Assembly (NCBI RefSeq): GCF_009914755.1
Contig: NC_060948.1
Length of the DNA stretch: 64,000 bases
Source: the human T2T-CHM13v2.0 reference genome, Homo sapiens
Strand: one strand, 5' to 3'
The translations under genes were made by a program, and so were the position numbers. Shown here piece by piece: positions 1 to 14,166 of the stretch. Each line of letters starts with the position of its first letter. Within the stretch, counting starts at the first letter, position 1. Under the pieces are notes generated by a model. It had not been told where the DNA came from, searched no databases, and was given only the letters and a program-made list of their open reading frames with translations.

Positions 1-3000
1 TGGAAAGGAATGCAATGATTTGGCATGGAATGGAATCGAATGGCATCGAATGGAATGGAATGGAATGCAATGGAATGGAACGTATTAGAATGTAATGAAC
101 TTTAATGGAATGTACTCGAATGGATTCGACTGGAATGGAATGTTCTGGAAGTGAATGGACTTCAATGGAATGGATTCAAAAGGAATGGAATCGTACGGAA
201 TGGAATCTAATGGAATGGAATTAAATGGAAATGAATCAAATTGAATAGCATGGAATTGAATTGAATGGAATCGAATGCAATGGAATCTAATGAAACGGAA
301 AGGAAAGGAATGGAATGGAATGGAATGGGCTGGAATGGAAAGGAATCGAAACGAATGGAATGGAATCGAACTGAAGAGACTGGAATGGAATGCACTGGAA
401 TGGAAGGGAGTGTAATGGAAGGTTCTCGAAAAAAATGGAATCGAATGGAATGGAATTGAATGGAACGGAATAGAGTCGAATGGAATTGAATGGAATGGAA
501 TGGACTAGAGTGAAATGGAATCGAACCACAAGGAATGGACAGGAATAGAATGGTCTCGAATTGAATGGAATCGTATGGAATGGCATCAAACGGAATGGAA
601 TGGACAGCCACGGAATGGAATGCACTCGAATGCAATGGAGTCGAAACTAATGGACTGGAATAGAATGGACTCGACTGGTACGGACTCCAATGGAATGGAA
701 TCGAATGGAAGGGAATCGAACGGAATGGACTCGAAGGGAAAAGACTGCAATGGAAAGGTCTCGAATGGAATGGAAATAAATGGAATGGAATGGAATCGAA
801 TGAAATGGAGTCAAAAGGAATGGAATCGAATGGCAAGAAATCGAATGTAATGGAATCGCAAGGAATTGATGTGAACGGAACGGAATGGAATGGAATCCAA
901 AGGAATGGAATAGAATGGAATGGAATCGAATGGAAAGGACTCGAATGGAAATCACTCGAATAGAATGCAATTTAATAAAATAGGACCAAATGTAATGGAA
1001 TGGAATGGAAAGGAATCGAAACGGAAGGAATGGAGACAGATGGAATGGAATGGAACAGAGAGCAATGGTATAGAATGGAATGGAATCATCTGGAATGGAA
1101 TGGAATGGAATGGAATGAAATGCCCTTGAATTAAATGGACTGGAATGGAATGGACTCGAACAGAGTGGAATGGAAAGTGTTGAGATAGAATGGAATGGAC
1201 TCTTTTGGAATGGTCTAGTATGCAATGCAATCGACTGGCAGGGAATCAAAAGGAATGTAATCGAATGGATTGGACTGGAATGCAATGGACTCGAATAGAT
1301 TGCAAACGGAATGCAAAGGAATGGAATGGAATAGTATGGAATGGAATGGAAAGGAATGGAGTGGAATAGACTAGAGTGGAATGGAATGGACTGGAAAGAA
1401 ATGGACTGGAATGGAACTTTCTTGAATGGACTGGAATCAAACGGAATGGAATGCAATGCAATCAAATGGAATGGAATAAAATAGAATGAAAGAGAATCAA
1501 ATGGAATTGAATCGAATGGAATCGAATGGATTGGAAAGGAATAGAATGGAATGGAATGGAATTGACTCAAATGGAATGGACTAGAATGGAATGGATTCGA
1601 ATGGAAGGCAAAGGAATGGAATCTATTGGAATGGACTGTAATGGAATGGAATGGAAGGGATTGGAATGGACTCGAATGGAATGGACTGCAATAGAAAGGA
1701 TTCGAATGGAATGAAAAAGAATTGAATGGAATAGAACAGAATGGAATCAAATCGAATGAAATGGAATGGAATAGAAAGGAATGGAATGAAATGGAATGGA
1801 AAGGATTCGAATGGAATGCAATCGAATGGAATGGAATCGAACGGAATGGAATAAAATGGAAGAAAACTGGCAAGAAATGGAATCGAAATGAATGGAGTGT
1901 TATGGAACGGACTCAAAAGGAATTGAATGTAATAGAATGGAGTGGAGTGGACTCGAATATAATGGACTGGAATGGAATGAAATCACATGGAATGGGAACG
2001 AATGGAATGGAATGGAAAGGAATGGAATCGAATGGAAAGGAATCGAATGGAAGGGAATGCAATTGAATCAACAGGAATGGAAGGGAATAGAATAGACGGT
2101 AATGGAATGGACTCGAATAGAATGGACACGAATGCTCAAATTGAATGGACTCGAATGGAATGGAAACGAAAGGAATGTCATCGAATGGAATTGAATCGAT
2201 TGGAATGAAATCGCATAGAATGGAGTGGAATCAAATGGAATTGAATCGAAAGGAAAGGAAGCGAATGGACTGAAATGAAATGGAATGGAATTGAATGGAA
2301 AGTAATGCAATGGAATAGAATGGAACGAAATTTCACGGAATGGAATCAAACTGAATGGAATCAAATCAATGGAATCCAATCAAATGGAATGCAGTAGATT
2401 GGATTGGATGGGATTGGAATGAAATGTACTGGAAAGGACTCGAATTTCATGAAACGAAATGGAATGAATTGGAACGGAACGGACTCGAATGGAATGGAAT
2501 GTCATAGAATGGCATCAAATGGAATGGCATCAAATGGAATGGAATCGAATGCAATGGAATGCTATGGAATGGAATGGAATGCATTGGAATGGAATGTCCT
2601 CAAAAGGAATGGATTCGAGTGGAATGGAATCGAATAGAATGGAGTCGAATGAAATGGAATTGAAAAGAATGGGATCGAATACAATGGAATATACTGGAAT
2701 GTAATGTAATGAACTCGAATGTAATTGACTGGAATGGAATGTACATGAATGGAAAGTATTCGAATGGAAAGTAATCCAATGGAATAGAATCTAATGCAAT
2801 AAAATCGACTCAGATAGAGTAGAATGTAATGGAATGGAGTGCAGTGCAATGGAATGGAATGGAATGGAATGCAATGGAATGGAATGGAATGGAAAGGAAT
2901 GGAATGGAATGGTTTGGAATGGATAGTAATGGACTGGAGTGAAATGGACTGGAAAGGAATGGACTCAAATTGAAAGGGCTCGAAAGGAATGGAGTCAAAT

Positions 3001-3504
3001 GGAATGGTCTGGAATGGAATGAACACGAATGTAATGCAATCCAATAGAATGGAATCGAATGGCATGGAATATAAAGAAATGGAATCGAAGAGAATGGAAA
3101 CAAATGGAATGGAATTGAGTGGAATGGAATTGAATGGAATGGGAACGAATGGAGTGAAATTGTATGCAGTAGAAGAGAATAGAATGGAATGCAAGCGAAA
3201 GGAAAGGAATGGATTGGAATGGAATGGAATTCATTGGAATGGAAGGGAATGTAGTGTAATGGACAGGCCTGGAATAAAGTGGAATGCTACGGTCTCGAAT
3301 GGAATAAAAATGTATGGAATGGAATGCAATGAAACGGAATCGAATGTCATAGAATGTAATGGAATGCAAAAAAATGGAATCCAAAATCATTGACTGGAAA
3401 GGCTGGGTGTCGAAAGGAATTGACTCCAATGGAATGGAATCGAATGGAATGGAAGTGAATAGAATCGAACTAAATCGAATGGAATGGAATTGATAGGAAC
3501 GGAA
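1..3504 (+). repeat. DYZ1 monomer 1 (3504 bp)
   Basis: Landmark at 1 and 3505. Versus the 3564 consensus: -30 near 1091-1121, -15 near 2390, -15 in the pure GGAAT tract near 2880. HaeIII site present (3266). Confidence 0.9.
3130..3283. other. Segment matching the classic DYZ1 sexing PCR primer sites (repeated in each monomer)
   Basis: TTGAATGGAATGGGAACGAATGG at 3130-3152 and GGACAGGCCTGGAATAAAGTGGA at 3261-3283. These match the Y1.2 primer and the reverse complement of Y1.1 as I recall them (not verified). Span is 154 bp. Confidence 0.7.
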
Positions 3505-6500
3505 TGGAAAGGAATGCAATGATTTGGCATGGAATGGAATCGAATGGCATCGAATGGAATGGAATGGAATGCAATGGAATGGAATGTATTAGAATGTAAT
3601 GAACTTTAATGGAATGTACTCGAATGGATTCGACTGGAATGGAATGTTCTGGAAGTGAATGGACTCCAATGGAATGGATTCCAAAGGAATGGAATCGTAC
3701 GGAATGGAATCTAATGGAATGGAATTAAATGGAAATGAATCAAATTGAATAGCACGGAATTGAATTTAATGGAATGGAATGCAATGGAATCTAATGAAAC
3801 GGAAAGGAAAGGAATGGAATGGAATGGAATGGGCTGGAATGGAAAGGAATCGAAACGAATGGAATGGAATCGAACTGAAGAGACTGGAATGGAATGCACT
3901 GGGATGGAAGGGAGTGTAATGGAAGGTTCTCGGAAAAAATGGAATGGAATGGAATGGAATAGAATGGAACGGAATAGAGTCGAATGGAATTGAATGGAAT
4001 GGAATGGACTAGAGTGAAATGGAATCGAACCACAAGGAATGGACAGGAATAGAATGGTCTCGAATTGAATGGAATCGTATGGAATGGCATCAAACGGAAT
4101 GGAATGGACAGCCACGGAATGGAATGCACTCGAATGCAATGGAGTCGAAACTAATGGACTGGAATATAATGGACTCGACTGGTACGGACTCCAATGGAAT
4201 GGAATCGAATGGAAGGGAATCGAACGGAATGGAATCGGAGGGAAAAGACTGCAATGGAAAGGTCTCAAATGGAATGGAAATTAATGGAATGGAATGGAAT
4301 CGAATGAAATGGAGTCAAAAGCAATGGAATCGAATGGCAAGAAATCGAATGTAATGGAATCGCAAGGAATTGATGTGAACGGAACGGAATGGAATGGAAT
4401 CCAAAGGAATGGAATAGAATGGAATGGAATCGAATGGAAAGGACTCGAATGGAAATCACTCGAATAGAATGCAATTTAATAAAATAGGATCAAATGTAAT
4501 GGAATGGAATGGAAAGGAATCGAAACGAAAGGAATGGAGACAGATGGAATGGAATAGAACAGAGAGCAATGGTATAGAATGGAATGGAATCATCTGGAAT
4601 GGAATTGAATGGAATGGAATAATATGAAATGGAATGGAATGGAATGGAATGGAATGCCCTTGAATTAAATGGACTGGAATGGAATGGACTCGAACAGAGT
4701 GGAATGGAAAGTGTTGAGATAGAATGGAATGGACTCCTTTGGAATGGTGTAGTATGCAATGCAATCGACTGGCAGGGTATCAAAAGGAATTTAATCGAAT
4801 GGATTGGACTGGAATGCAATGGACTCGAATAGATTGGAAACGGAATGCAAAGGAATGGAATGGAATAGTATGGAATGGAATGGAAAGGAATGGAGTGGAA
4901 TAGACTAGAGTGGAATGGAATGGACTGGAAAGCAATGGACTGGAATGGAACTCTCTTGAATGGACTGGAATCAAACGGAATGGAATGCAATGCAATCAAA
5001 TGGCATGGAATAAAATAGAATGAAAGAGAATCAAATGGAATTGAATCGAATGGAATCGAATGGATTGGAAAGGAATAGAATGGAATGGAATGGAATGGAC
5101 TAGAATGGAATGGATTCGAATGGAAGGCAAAGGAATGGAATCTATTGGAATGGACTGTAATGGAATGGAATGGAAGGGATTGGAATGGACTCGAATGGAA
5201 TGGACTGCAATAGAAAGGATTCGAATGGAATGAAAAAGAGTTGAATGGAATAGAACAGAATGGAATCAAATCGAATGAAATGGAATGGAATAGAAAGGAA
5301 TGGAATGAAATGGAATGGAAAGGATTCGAATGGAATGCAATCGAATGGAATGGAATCGAACGGAATGGAATAAAATGGAAGAAAACTGGCAAGAAATGGA
5401 ATCGAAATGAATGGAGTGTTATGGAACGGACTCAAAAGGAATTGAATGTAATAGAATGGAGTGGAGTGGACTCGAATATAATGGACTGGAATGGAATGAA
5501 ATCACATGGAATGGGAACGAATGGAATGGAATGGAAAGGAATGGAATCGAATGGAAAGGAATCGAATGGAAGGGAATGAAATTGAATCAACAGGAATGGA
5601 AGGGAATAGAATAGACGGTAATGGAATGGACTCGAATAGAATGGACACGAATGCTCAAATTGAATGGACTCGAATGGAATGGAAACGAAAGGAATGTCAT
5701 CGAATGGAATTGAATCGATTGGAATGAAATCGCATAGAATGGAGTGGAATCAAATGGAATTGAATCGAAAGGAAAGGAAGCGAATGGACTGAAATGAAAT
5801 GGAATGGAATTGAATGGAAAGTAATGCAATGGAATAGAATGGAACGAAATTTCACGGAATGGAATCAAACTGAATGGAATCAAATCAATGGAATCCAATC
5901 AAATGGAATGGAGTAGATTGGATTGGATGGGATTGGAATGAAATATACTGGAAAGGACTCGAATCTCATGAAACGGAATGGAATGAATTGGAACGGAATG
6001 GACTCGAATGGAATGGAATGTCATAGAATGGCATCAAATGGAATGGCATCAAATGGAATGGAATCGAATGCAATGGAATGCTATGGAATGGAATGGAATG
6101 CATTGGAATGGAATGTCCTCTAATGGAATGGATTCGAGTGGAATGGAATCGAATATAATGGAGTCGAATGAAATGGAATTGAAAGGAATGGGATCGAATA
6201 CAATGGAATATACTGGAATGTAATGTAATGAACTCGAATGTAATTGACTGGAATGGAATGTACATGAATGGAATGTAATCGAATGGAAAGTAATCCAATG
6301 GAATAGAATCTAATGCAATAAAATCGACTCAGATAGAGTAGAATGTAATGGAATGGAGTGCAGTGCAATGGAATGGAATGGAATGGAATGCAATGGAATG
6401 GAATGGAATGGAATGGAATGGAATGGAATGGGATGGAATGGTATGGAATGGATAGTAATGGACTGGAGTGAAATGGACTGGAAAGGAATGGACTCAAATT

Positions 6501-7033
6501 GAAAGGGCTGGAAAGGAATGGAGTCAAATGGAATGGTCTGGAATGGAATGAACACGAAAGTAATGCAATCCAATAGAATGGAATCGAATAGCATGGAATA
6601 TAATGAAATGGAATCGAAGAGAATGGAAACAAATGGAATGGAATTGAATGGAATGGAATTGAATGGAATGGGAACGAATGGAGTGAAATTGTATGCAGTA
6701 GAAGGGAATAGAATGGAATGCAAGCGAAAGGAAAGGAATGGATTGGAATGGAATGGAATTCATTGGAATGGAAGGGAATGTAGTGTAATGGACAGGCCTG
6801 GAATAAAGTGGAATGCTACGGTCTCGAATGGAATAAAAATGTATGGAATGGAATGCAATGAAACGGAATCGAATGTCATAGAATGTAATGGAATGCAAAA
6901 AAATGGAATCCAAAATCATTGACTGGAAAGGCTGGGTGTCGAAAGGAATTGACTCCAATGGAATGGAATCGAATGGAATGGAAGTGAATAGAATCGAACT
7001 AAATCGAATGGAATGGAATTGATAGGAACGGAA
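3505..7033 (+). repeat. DYZ1 monomer 2 (3529 bp)
   Basis: -15 near 5095, -15 near 5910, -5 in tract. HaeIII site present (6795). Confidence 0.9.
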
Positions 7034-10000
7034 TGGAAAGGAATGCAATGATTTGGCACGGAATGGAATCGAATGGCATCGAATGGAATGGAATGGAATG
7101 CAATGGAATGGAACGTATTAGAATGTAATGAACTTTAATGGAATGTACTCGAATGGAATCGACTGGAATGGAATGTTCTGGAAGTGAATGGACTCCAATG
7201 GAATGGATTCAAAAGGAATGGAATCGTACGGAATGGAATCTAATGGAATGGAATTAAATGGAAATGAATCAAATTGAATAGCATGGAATTGAATTGAATG
7301 GAATCGAATGCAATGGAATCTAATGAAACGGAAAGGAAAGGAATGGAATGGAATGGAATGGGCTGGAATGGAAAGGAATCGAAACGAATGGAATGGAATC
7401 GAACTGAAGAGACTGGAATGGAATGCACTGGAATGGAAGGGAGTGTAATGGAAGGTTCTCGAAAAAAATTTAATCGAATGGAATGGAATTGAATGGAACG
7501 GAATAGAGTCGAATGGAATTGAATGGAATGGAATGGACTAGAGTGAAATGGAATCGAACCACAAGGAATGGACAGGAATAGAATGGTCTCGAATTGAATG
7601 GAATCGTATGGAATGGCATCAAACGGAATGGAATGGACAGCCACGGAATGGAATGCACTCGAATGCAATGGAGTCGAAACTAATGGACTGGAATAGAATG
7701 GACTCGACTGGTACGGACTCCAATGGAATGGAATCGAATGGAAGGGAATCGAACGGAATGGACTCGAAGGGAAAAGACTGCAATGGAAAGGTCTCGAATG
7801 GAATGGAAATAAATGGAATGGAATGGAATCGAATGAAATGGAGTCAAAAGGAATGGAATCGAATGGCAAGAAATCGAATGTAATGGAATCGCAAGGAATT
7901 GATGTGAACGGAACGGAATGGAATGGAATCCAAAGGAATGGAATAGAATGGAATGGAATCGAATGGAAAGGACTCGAATGGAAATCACTCGAATAGAATG
8001 CAATTTAATAAAATAGGACCAAATGTAATGGAATGGAATGGAAAGGAATCGAAACGAAAGGAATGGAGACAGATGGAATGGAATGGAACAGAGAGCAATG
8101 GTATAGAATGGAATGGAATCATCTGGAATGGAATTGAATGGAATGGAATAATATGAAATGGAATGGAATGGAATGGAATGGAATGCCCTTGAATTAAATG
8201 GACTGGAATGGAATGGACTCGAACAGAGTGGAATGGAAAGTGTTGAGATAGAATGGAATGGACTCGTTTGGAATGGTCTAGTAGGCAATGCAATCGACTG
8301 GCAGGGAATCAAAAGGAATGTAATCGAATGGATTGGACTGGAATGCAATGGACTCGAATAGATTGCAAACGGAATGCAAAGGAATGGAATGGAATAGTAT
8401 GGAATGGAATGGAAAGGAATGGAGTGGAATAGACTAGAGTGGAATGGAATGGACTGGAAAGAAATGGACTGGAATGGAAATTTCTTGAATGGACAGGAAT
8501 CAAACGGAATGGAATGCAATGCAATCAAATGGCATGAAATAAAATAGAATGAAAGAGAATCAAATGGAATTGAATCGAATGGAATCGAATGGATTGGAAA
8601 GGAATAGAATGGAATGGAATGGAATTGACTCAAATGGAATGGACTAGAATGGAATGGATTCGAATGGAAGGCAAACGAATGGAATCTATTGGAATGGACT
8701 GTAATGGAATGGAATGGAAGGGATTGGAATGGACTCGAATGGAATGGACTGCAATAGAAAGGATTCCAATGGAATGAAAAAGAATTGAATGGAATAGAAC
8801 AGAATGGAATCAAATCGAATGAAATGGAATGGAATAGAAAGGAATGGAATGAAATGGAATGGAAAGGATTCGAATGGAATGCAATCGAATGGAATGGAAT
8901 CGAACGGAATGGAATAAAATGGAAGAAAACTGGCAAGAAATGGAATCGAAATGAATGGAGTGTTATGGAACGGACTCAAAAGGAATTGAATGTAATAGAA
9001 TGGAGTGGAGTAGACTCGAATATAATGGACTGGAATGGAATGAAATCACATGGAATGGGAACGAATGGAATGGAATGGAAAGGAATGGAATCGAATGGAA
9101 AGGAATCGAATGGAAGGGAATGAAATTGAATCAACAGGAATGGAAGGGAATAGAATAGACGGTAATGGAATGGACTCGAATAGAATGGACACGAATGCTC
9201 AAATTGAATGGACTCGAATGGAATGGAAACGAAAGGAATGTCATCGAATGGAATTGAATCGATTGGAATGAAATCGCATAGAATGGAGTGGAATCAAATG
9301 GAATTGAATCGAAAGGAAAGGAAGCGAATGGACTGAAATGAAATGGAATGGAATTGAATGGAAAGTAATGCAATGGAATAGAATGGAACGAAATTTCACG
9401 GAATGGAATCAAACTGAATGGAATCAAATCAATGGAATCTAATCAAATGGAATGGAAAGGAATTGAATGGAGTAGATTGGATTGGATGGGATTGGAATGA
9501 AATGTACTGGAAAGGACTCGAATTTCATGAAACGGAATGGAATGAATTGGAACGGAATGGACTCGAATGGAATGGAATGTCATGGAATGGCATCAAATGG
9601 AATGGCATCAAATGGAATGGAATCGAATGCAATGGAATGCTATGGAATGGAATGGAATGCATTGGAATGGAATGTCCTCTAATGGAATGGATTCGAGTGG
9701 AATGGCATCAAACATAATGGAGTCGAATGAAATGGAATTGAAAAGAATGGGATCGAATACAATGGAATATACTGGAATGTAATGTAATGAACTCGAATGT
9801 AATTGACTGGAATGGAATGTACATGAATGGAATGTAATCGAATGGAAAGTAATCCAATGGAATAGAATCTAATGCAATAAAATCGACACAAATAGAGTAG
9901 AATGTAATGGAATGGAGTGCAGTGCAATGGAATGGAATGGAATGGAATGCAATGGAATGGAATGGAATGGAATGGAATGGAATGGAATGGAATGGAATGG

Positions 10001-10602
10001 GATGGAATGGTATGGAATGGATAGTAATGGACTGGAGTGAAATGGACTGGAAAGGAATGGACTCAAATTGAAAGGGCTCGAAAGGAATGGAGTCAAATGG
10101 AATGGTCTGGAATGGAATGAACACGAATGTAATGCAATCCAATAGAATGGAATCGAATGGCATGGAATATAAAGAAATGGAATCGAAGAGAATGGAAACA
10201 AATGGAATGGAATTGAATGGAATGGAATTGAATGGAATGGGAACGAATGGAGTGAAATTGTATGCAGTAGAAGGGAATAGAATGGAATGCAAGCGAAAGG
10301 AAAGGAATGGATTGGAATGGAATGGAATTCATTGGAATGGAAGGGAATGTAGTGTAATGGACAGGTCTGGAATAAAGTGGAATGCTACGGTCTCGAATGG
10401 AATAAAAATGTATGGAATGGAATGCAATGAAACGGAATCGAATGTCATAGAATGTAATGGAATGCAAAAAAATGGAATCCAAAATCATTGACTGGAAAGG
10501 CTGGGTGTCGAAAGGAATTGACTCCAATGGAATGGAATCGAATGGAATGGAAGTGAATAGAATCGAACTAAATCGAATGGAATGGAATTGATAGGAACGG
10601 AA
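7034..10602 (+). repeat. DYZ1 monomer 3 (3569 bp)
   Basis: +5 in pure tract (9 GGAAT, 9954-9998). HaeIII site lost (ACAGGTCTGG at 10361). Confidence 0.9.
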
Positions 10603-13600
10603 TGGAAAGGAATGCAATGATTTGGCACGGAATGGAATCGAATGGCATCGAATGGAATGGAATGGAATGCAATGGAATGGAACGTATTAGAATGTAATGA
10701 ACTTTAATGGAATATACTCGAATGGATTCGACTGGAATGGAATGTTCTGGAAGTGAATGGACTCCAATGGAATGGATTCAAAAGGAATGGAATCGTACGG
10801 AATGGAATCTAATGGAATGGAATTAAATATAAATGAATCAAATTGAATAGCATGGAATTGAATTGAATGGAATCGAATGCAATGGAATCTAATGAAACGG
10901 AAAGGAAAGGAATGGAATGGAATGGAATGGGCTGGAATGGAAAGGAATCGAAACGAATGGAATGGAATCGAACTGAAGAGACTGGAATGGAATGCACTGG
11001 AATGGAAGGGAGTGTAATGGAAGGTTCTCGAAAAAAATTTAATCGAATGGAATGGAATTGAATGGAACGGAATAGAGTCGAATGGAATTGAATGGAATGG
11101 AATGGACTAGAGTGAAATGGAATCGAACCACAAGGAATGGACAGGAATAGAATGGTCTCGAATTGAATGGAATCGTATGGAATGGCATCAAACGGAATGG
11201 AATGGACAGCCACGGAATGGAATGCACTCGAATGCAATGGAGTCGAAACTAATGGACTGGAATAGAATGGACTCGACTGGTACGGACTCCAATGGAATGG
11301 AATCGAATGGAAGGGAATCGAACGGAATGGACTCGAAGGGAAAAGACTGCAATGGAAAGGTCTCGAATGGAATGGAAATAAATGGAATGGAATGGAATCG
11401 AATGAAATGGAGTCAAAAGGAATGGAATCGAATGGCAAGAAATCGAATGTAATGGAATCGCAAGGAATTGATGTGAACGGAACGGAATGGAATGGAATCC
11501 AAAGGAATGGAATAGAATGGAATGGAATCGAATGGAAAGGACTCGAATGGAAATCACTCGAATAGAATGCAATTTAATAAAATAGGACCAAATGTAATGG
11601 AATGGAATGGAAAGGAATCGAAACGAAAGGAATGGAGACAGATGGAATGGAATGGAACAGAGAGCAATGGTATAGAATGGAATGGAATCATCTGGAATGG
11701 AATTGAATGGAATGGAATAATATGAAATGGAATGGAATGGAATGGAATGGAATGCCCTTGAATTAAATGGACTGGAATGGAATGGACTCGAACAGAGTGG
11801 AATGGAAAGTGTTGAGATAGAATGGAATGGACTCGTTTGGAATGGTCTAGTAGGCAATGCAATCGACTGGCAGGGAATCAAAAGGAATGTAATCGAATGG
11901 ATTGGACTGGAATGCAATGGACTCGAATAGATTGCAAACGGAATGCAAAGGAATGGAATGGAATAGTATGGAATGGAATGGAAAGGAATGGAGTGGAATA
12001 GACTAGAGTGGAATGGAATGGACTGGAAAGAAATGGACTGGAATGGAAATTTCTTGAATGGACAGGAATCAAACGGAATGGAATGCAATGCAATCAAATG
12101 GCATGAAATAAAATAGAATGAAAGAGAATCAAATGGAATTGAATCGAATGGAATCGAATGGATTGGAAAGGAATAGAATGGAATGGAATGGAATTGACTC
12201 AAATGGAATGGACTAGAATGGAATGGATTCGAATGGAAGGCAAACGAATGGAATCTATTGGAATGGACTGTAATGGAATGGAATGGAAGGGATTGGAATG
12301 GACTCGAATGGAATGGACTGCAATAGAAAGGATTCGAATGGAATGAAAAAGAATTGAATGGAATAGAACAGAATGGAATCAAATCGAATGAAATGGAATG
12401 GAATAGAAAGGAATGGAATGAAATGGAATGGAAAGGATTCGAATGGAATGCAATCGAATGGAATGGAATCGAACGGAATGGAATAAAATGGAAGAAAACT
12501 GGCAAGAAATGGAATCGAAATGAATGGATGGTTATGGAACGGACTCAAAAGGAATTGAATGTAATAGAATGGAGTGGAGTAGACTCGAATATAATGGACT
12601 GGAATGGAATGAAATCACATGGAATGGGAACGAATGGAATGGAATGGAAAGGAATGGAATCGAATGGAAAGGAATCGAATGGAAGGGAATGAAATTGAAT
12701 CAACAGGAATGGAAGGGAATAGAATAGACGGTAATGGAATGGACTCGAATTGAATGGACACGAATGCTCAAATTGAATGGACTCGAATGGAATGGAAACG
12801 AAAGGAATGTCATCGAATGGAATTGAATCGATTGGAATGAAATCGCATAGAATGGAGTGGAATCAAATGGAATTGAATCGAAAGGAAAGGAAGCGAATGG
12901 ACTGAAATGAAATGGAATGGAATTGAATGGAAAGTAATGCAATGGAATAGAATGGAACGAAATTTCACGGAATGGAATCAAACTGAATGGAATCAAATCA
13001 ATGGAATCTAATCAAATGGAATGGAAAGGAATTGAATGGAGTAGATTGGATTGGATGGGATTGGAATGAAATGTACTGGAAAGGACTCGAATTTCATGAA
13101 ACGGAATGGAATGAATTGGAACGGAATGGACTCGAATGGAATGGAATGTCATGGAATGGCATCAAATGGAATGGCATCAAATGGAATGGAATCGAATGCA
13201 ATGGAATGCTATGGAATGGAATGGAATGCATTGGAATGGAATGTCCTCTAATGGAATGGATTCGAGTGGAATGGCATCGAATATAATGGAGTCGAATGAA
13301 ATGGAATTGAAAAGAATGGGATCGAATACAATGGAATATACTGGAATGTAATGTAATGAACTCGAATGTAATTGACTGGAATGGAATGTACATGAATGGA
13401 ATGTAATCGAATGGAAAGTAATCCAATGGAATAGAATCTAATGCAATAAAATCGACTCAAATAGAGTAGAATGTAATGGAATGGAGTGCAGTGCAATGGA
13501 ATGGAAAGGAATGGAATGCAATGGAATGGAATGGAATGGAATGGAATGGAATGGAATGGAATGGGATGGAATGGTATGGAATGGATAGTAATGGACTGGA

Positions 13601-14166
13601 GTGAAATGGACTGGAAAGGAATGGACTCAAATTGAAAGGGCTCGAAAGGAATGGAGTCAAATGGAATGGTCTGGAATGGAATGAACACGAATGTAATGCA
13701 ATCCAATAGAATGGAATCGAATGGCATGGAATATAAAGAAATGGAATCGAAGAGAATGGAAACAAATGGAATGGAATTGAATGGAATGGAATTGAATGGA
13801 ATGGGAACGAATGGAGTGAAATTGTATGCAGTAGAAGGGAATAGAATGGAATGCAAGAGAAAGGAAAGGAATGGATTGGAATGGAATGGAATTCATTGGA
13901 ATGGAAGGGAATGTAGTGTAATGGACAGGCCTGGAATAAAGTGGAATGCTACGGTCTCGAATGGAATAAAAATGTATGGAATGGAATGCAATGAAACGGA
14001 ATCGAATGTCATAGAATGTAATGGAATGCAACAAAATGGAATCCAAAATCATTGACTGGAAAGGCTGGGTGTCGAAAGGAATTGACTCCAATGGAATGGA
14101 ATCGAATGGAATGGAAGTGAATAGAATCGAACTAAATCGAATGGAATGGAATTGATAGGAACGGAA
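10603..14166 (+). repeat. DYZ1 monomer 4 (3564 bp)
   Basis: Shares many private variants with monomer 3 over its first ~2.7 kb. HaeIII site present (13928). Confidence 0.9.

Noticed and set aside
770-3310. Multiple AATAAA hexamers per monomer as polyadenylation signals
   Set aside because: They arise readily from GGAAT variants (GGAATAAA). There is no gene context or convincing downstream GU/U-rich element.
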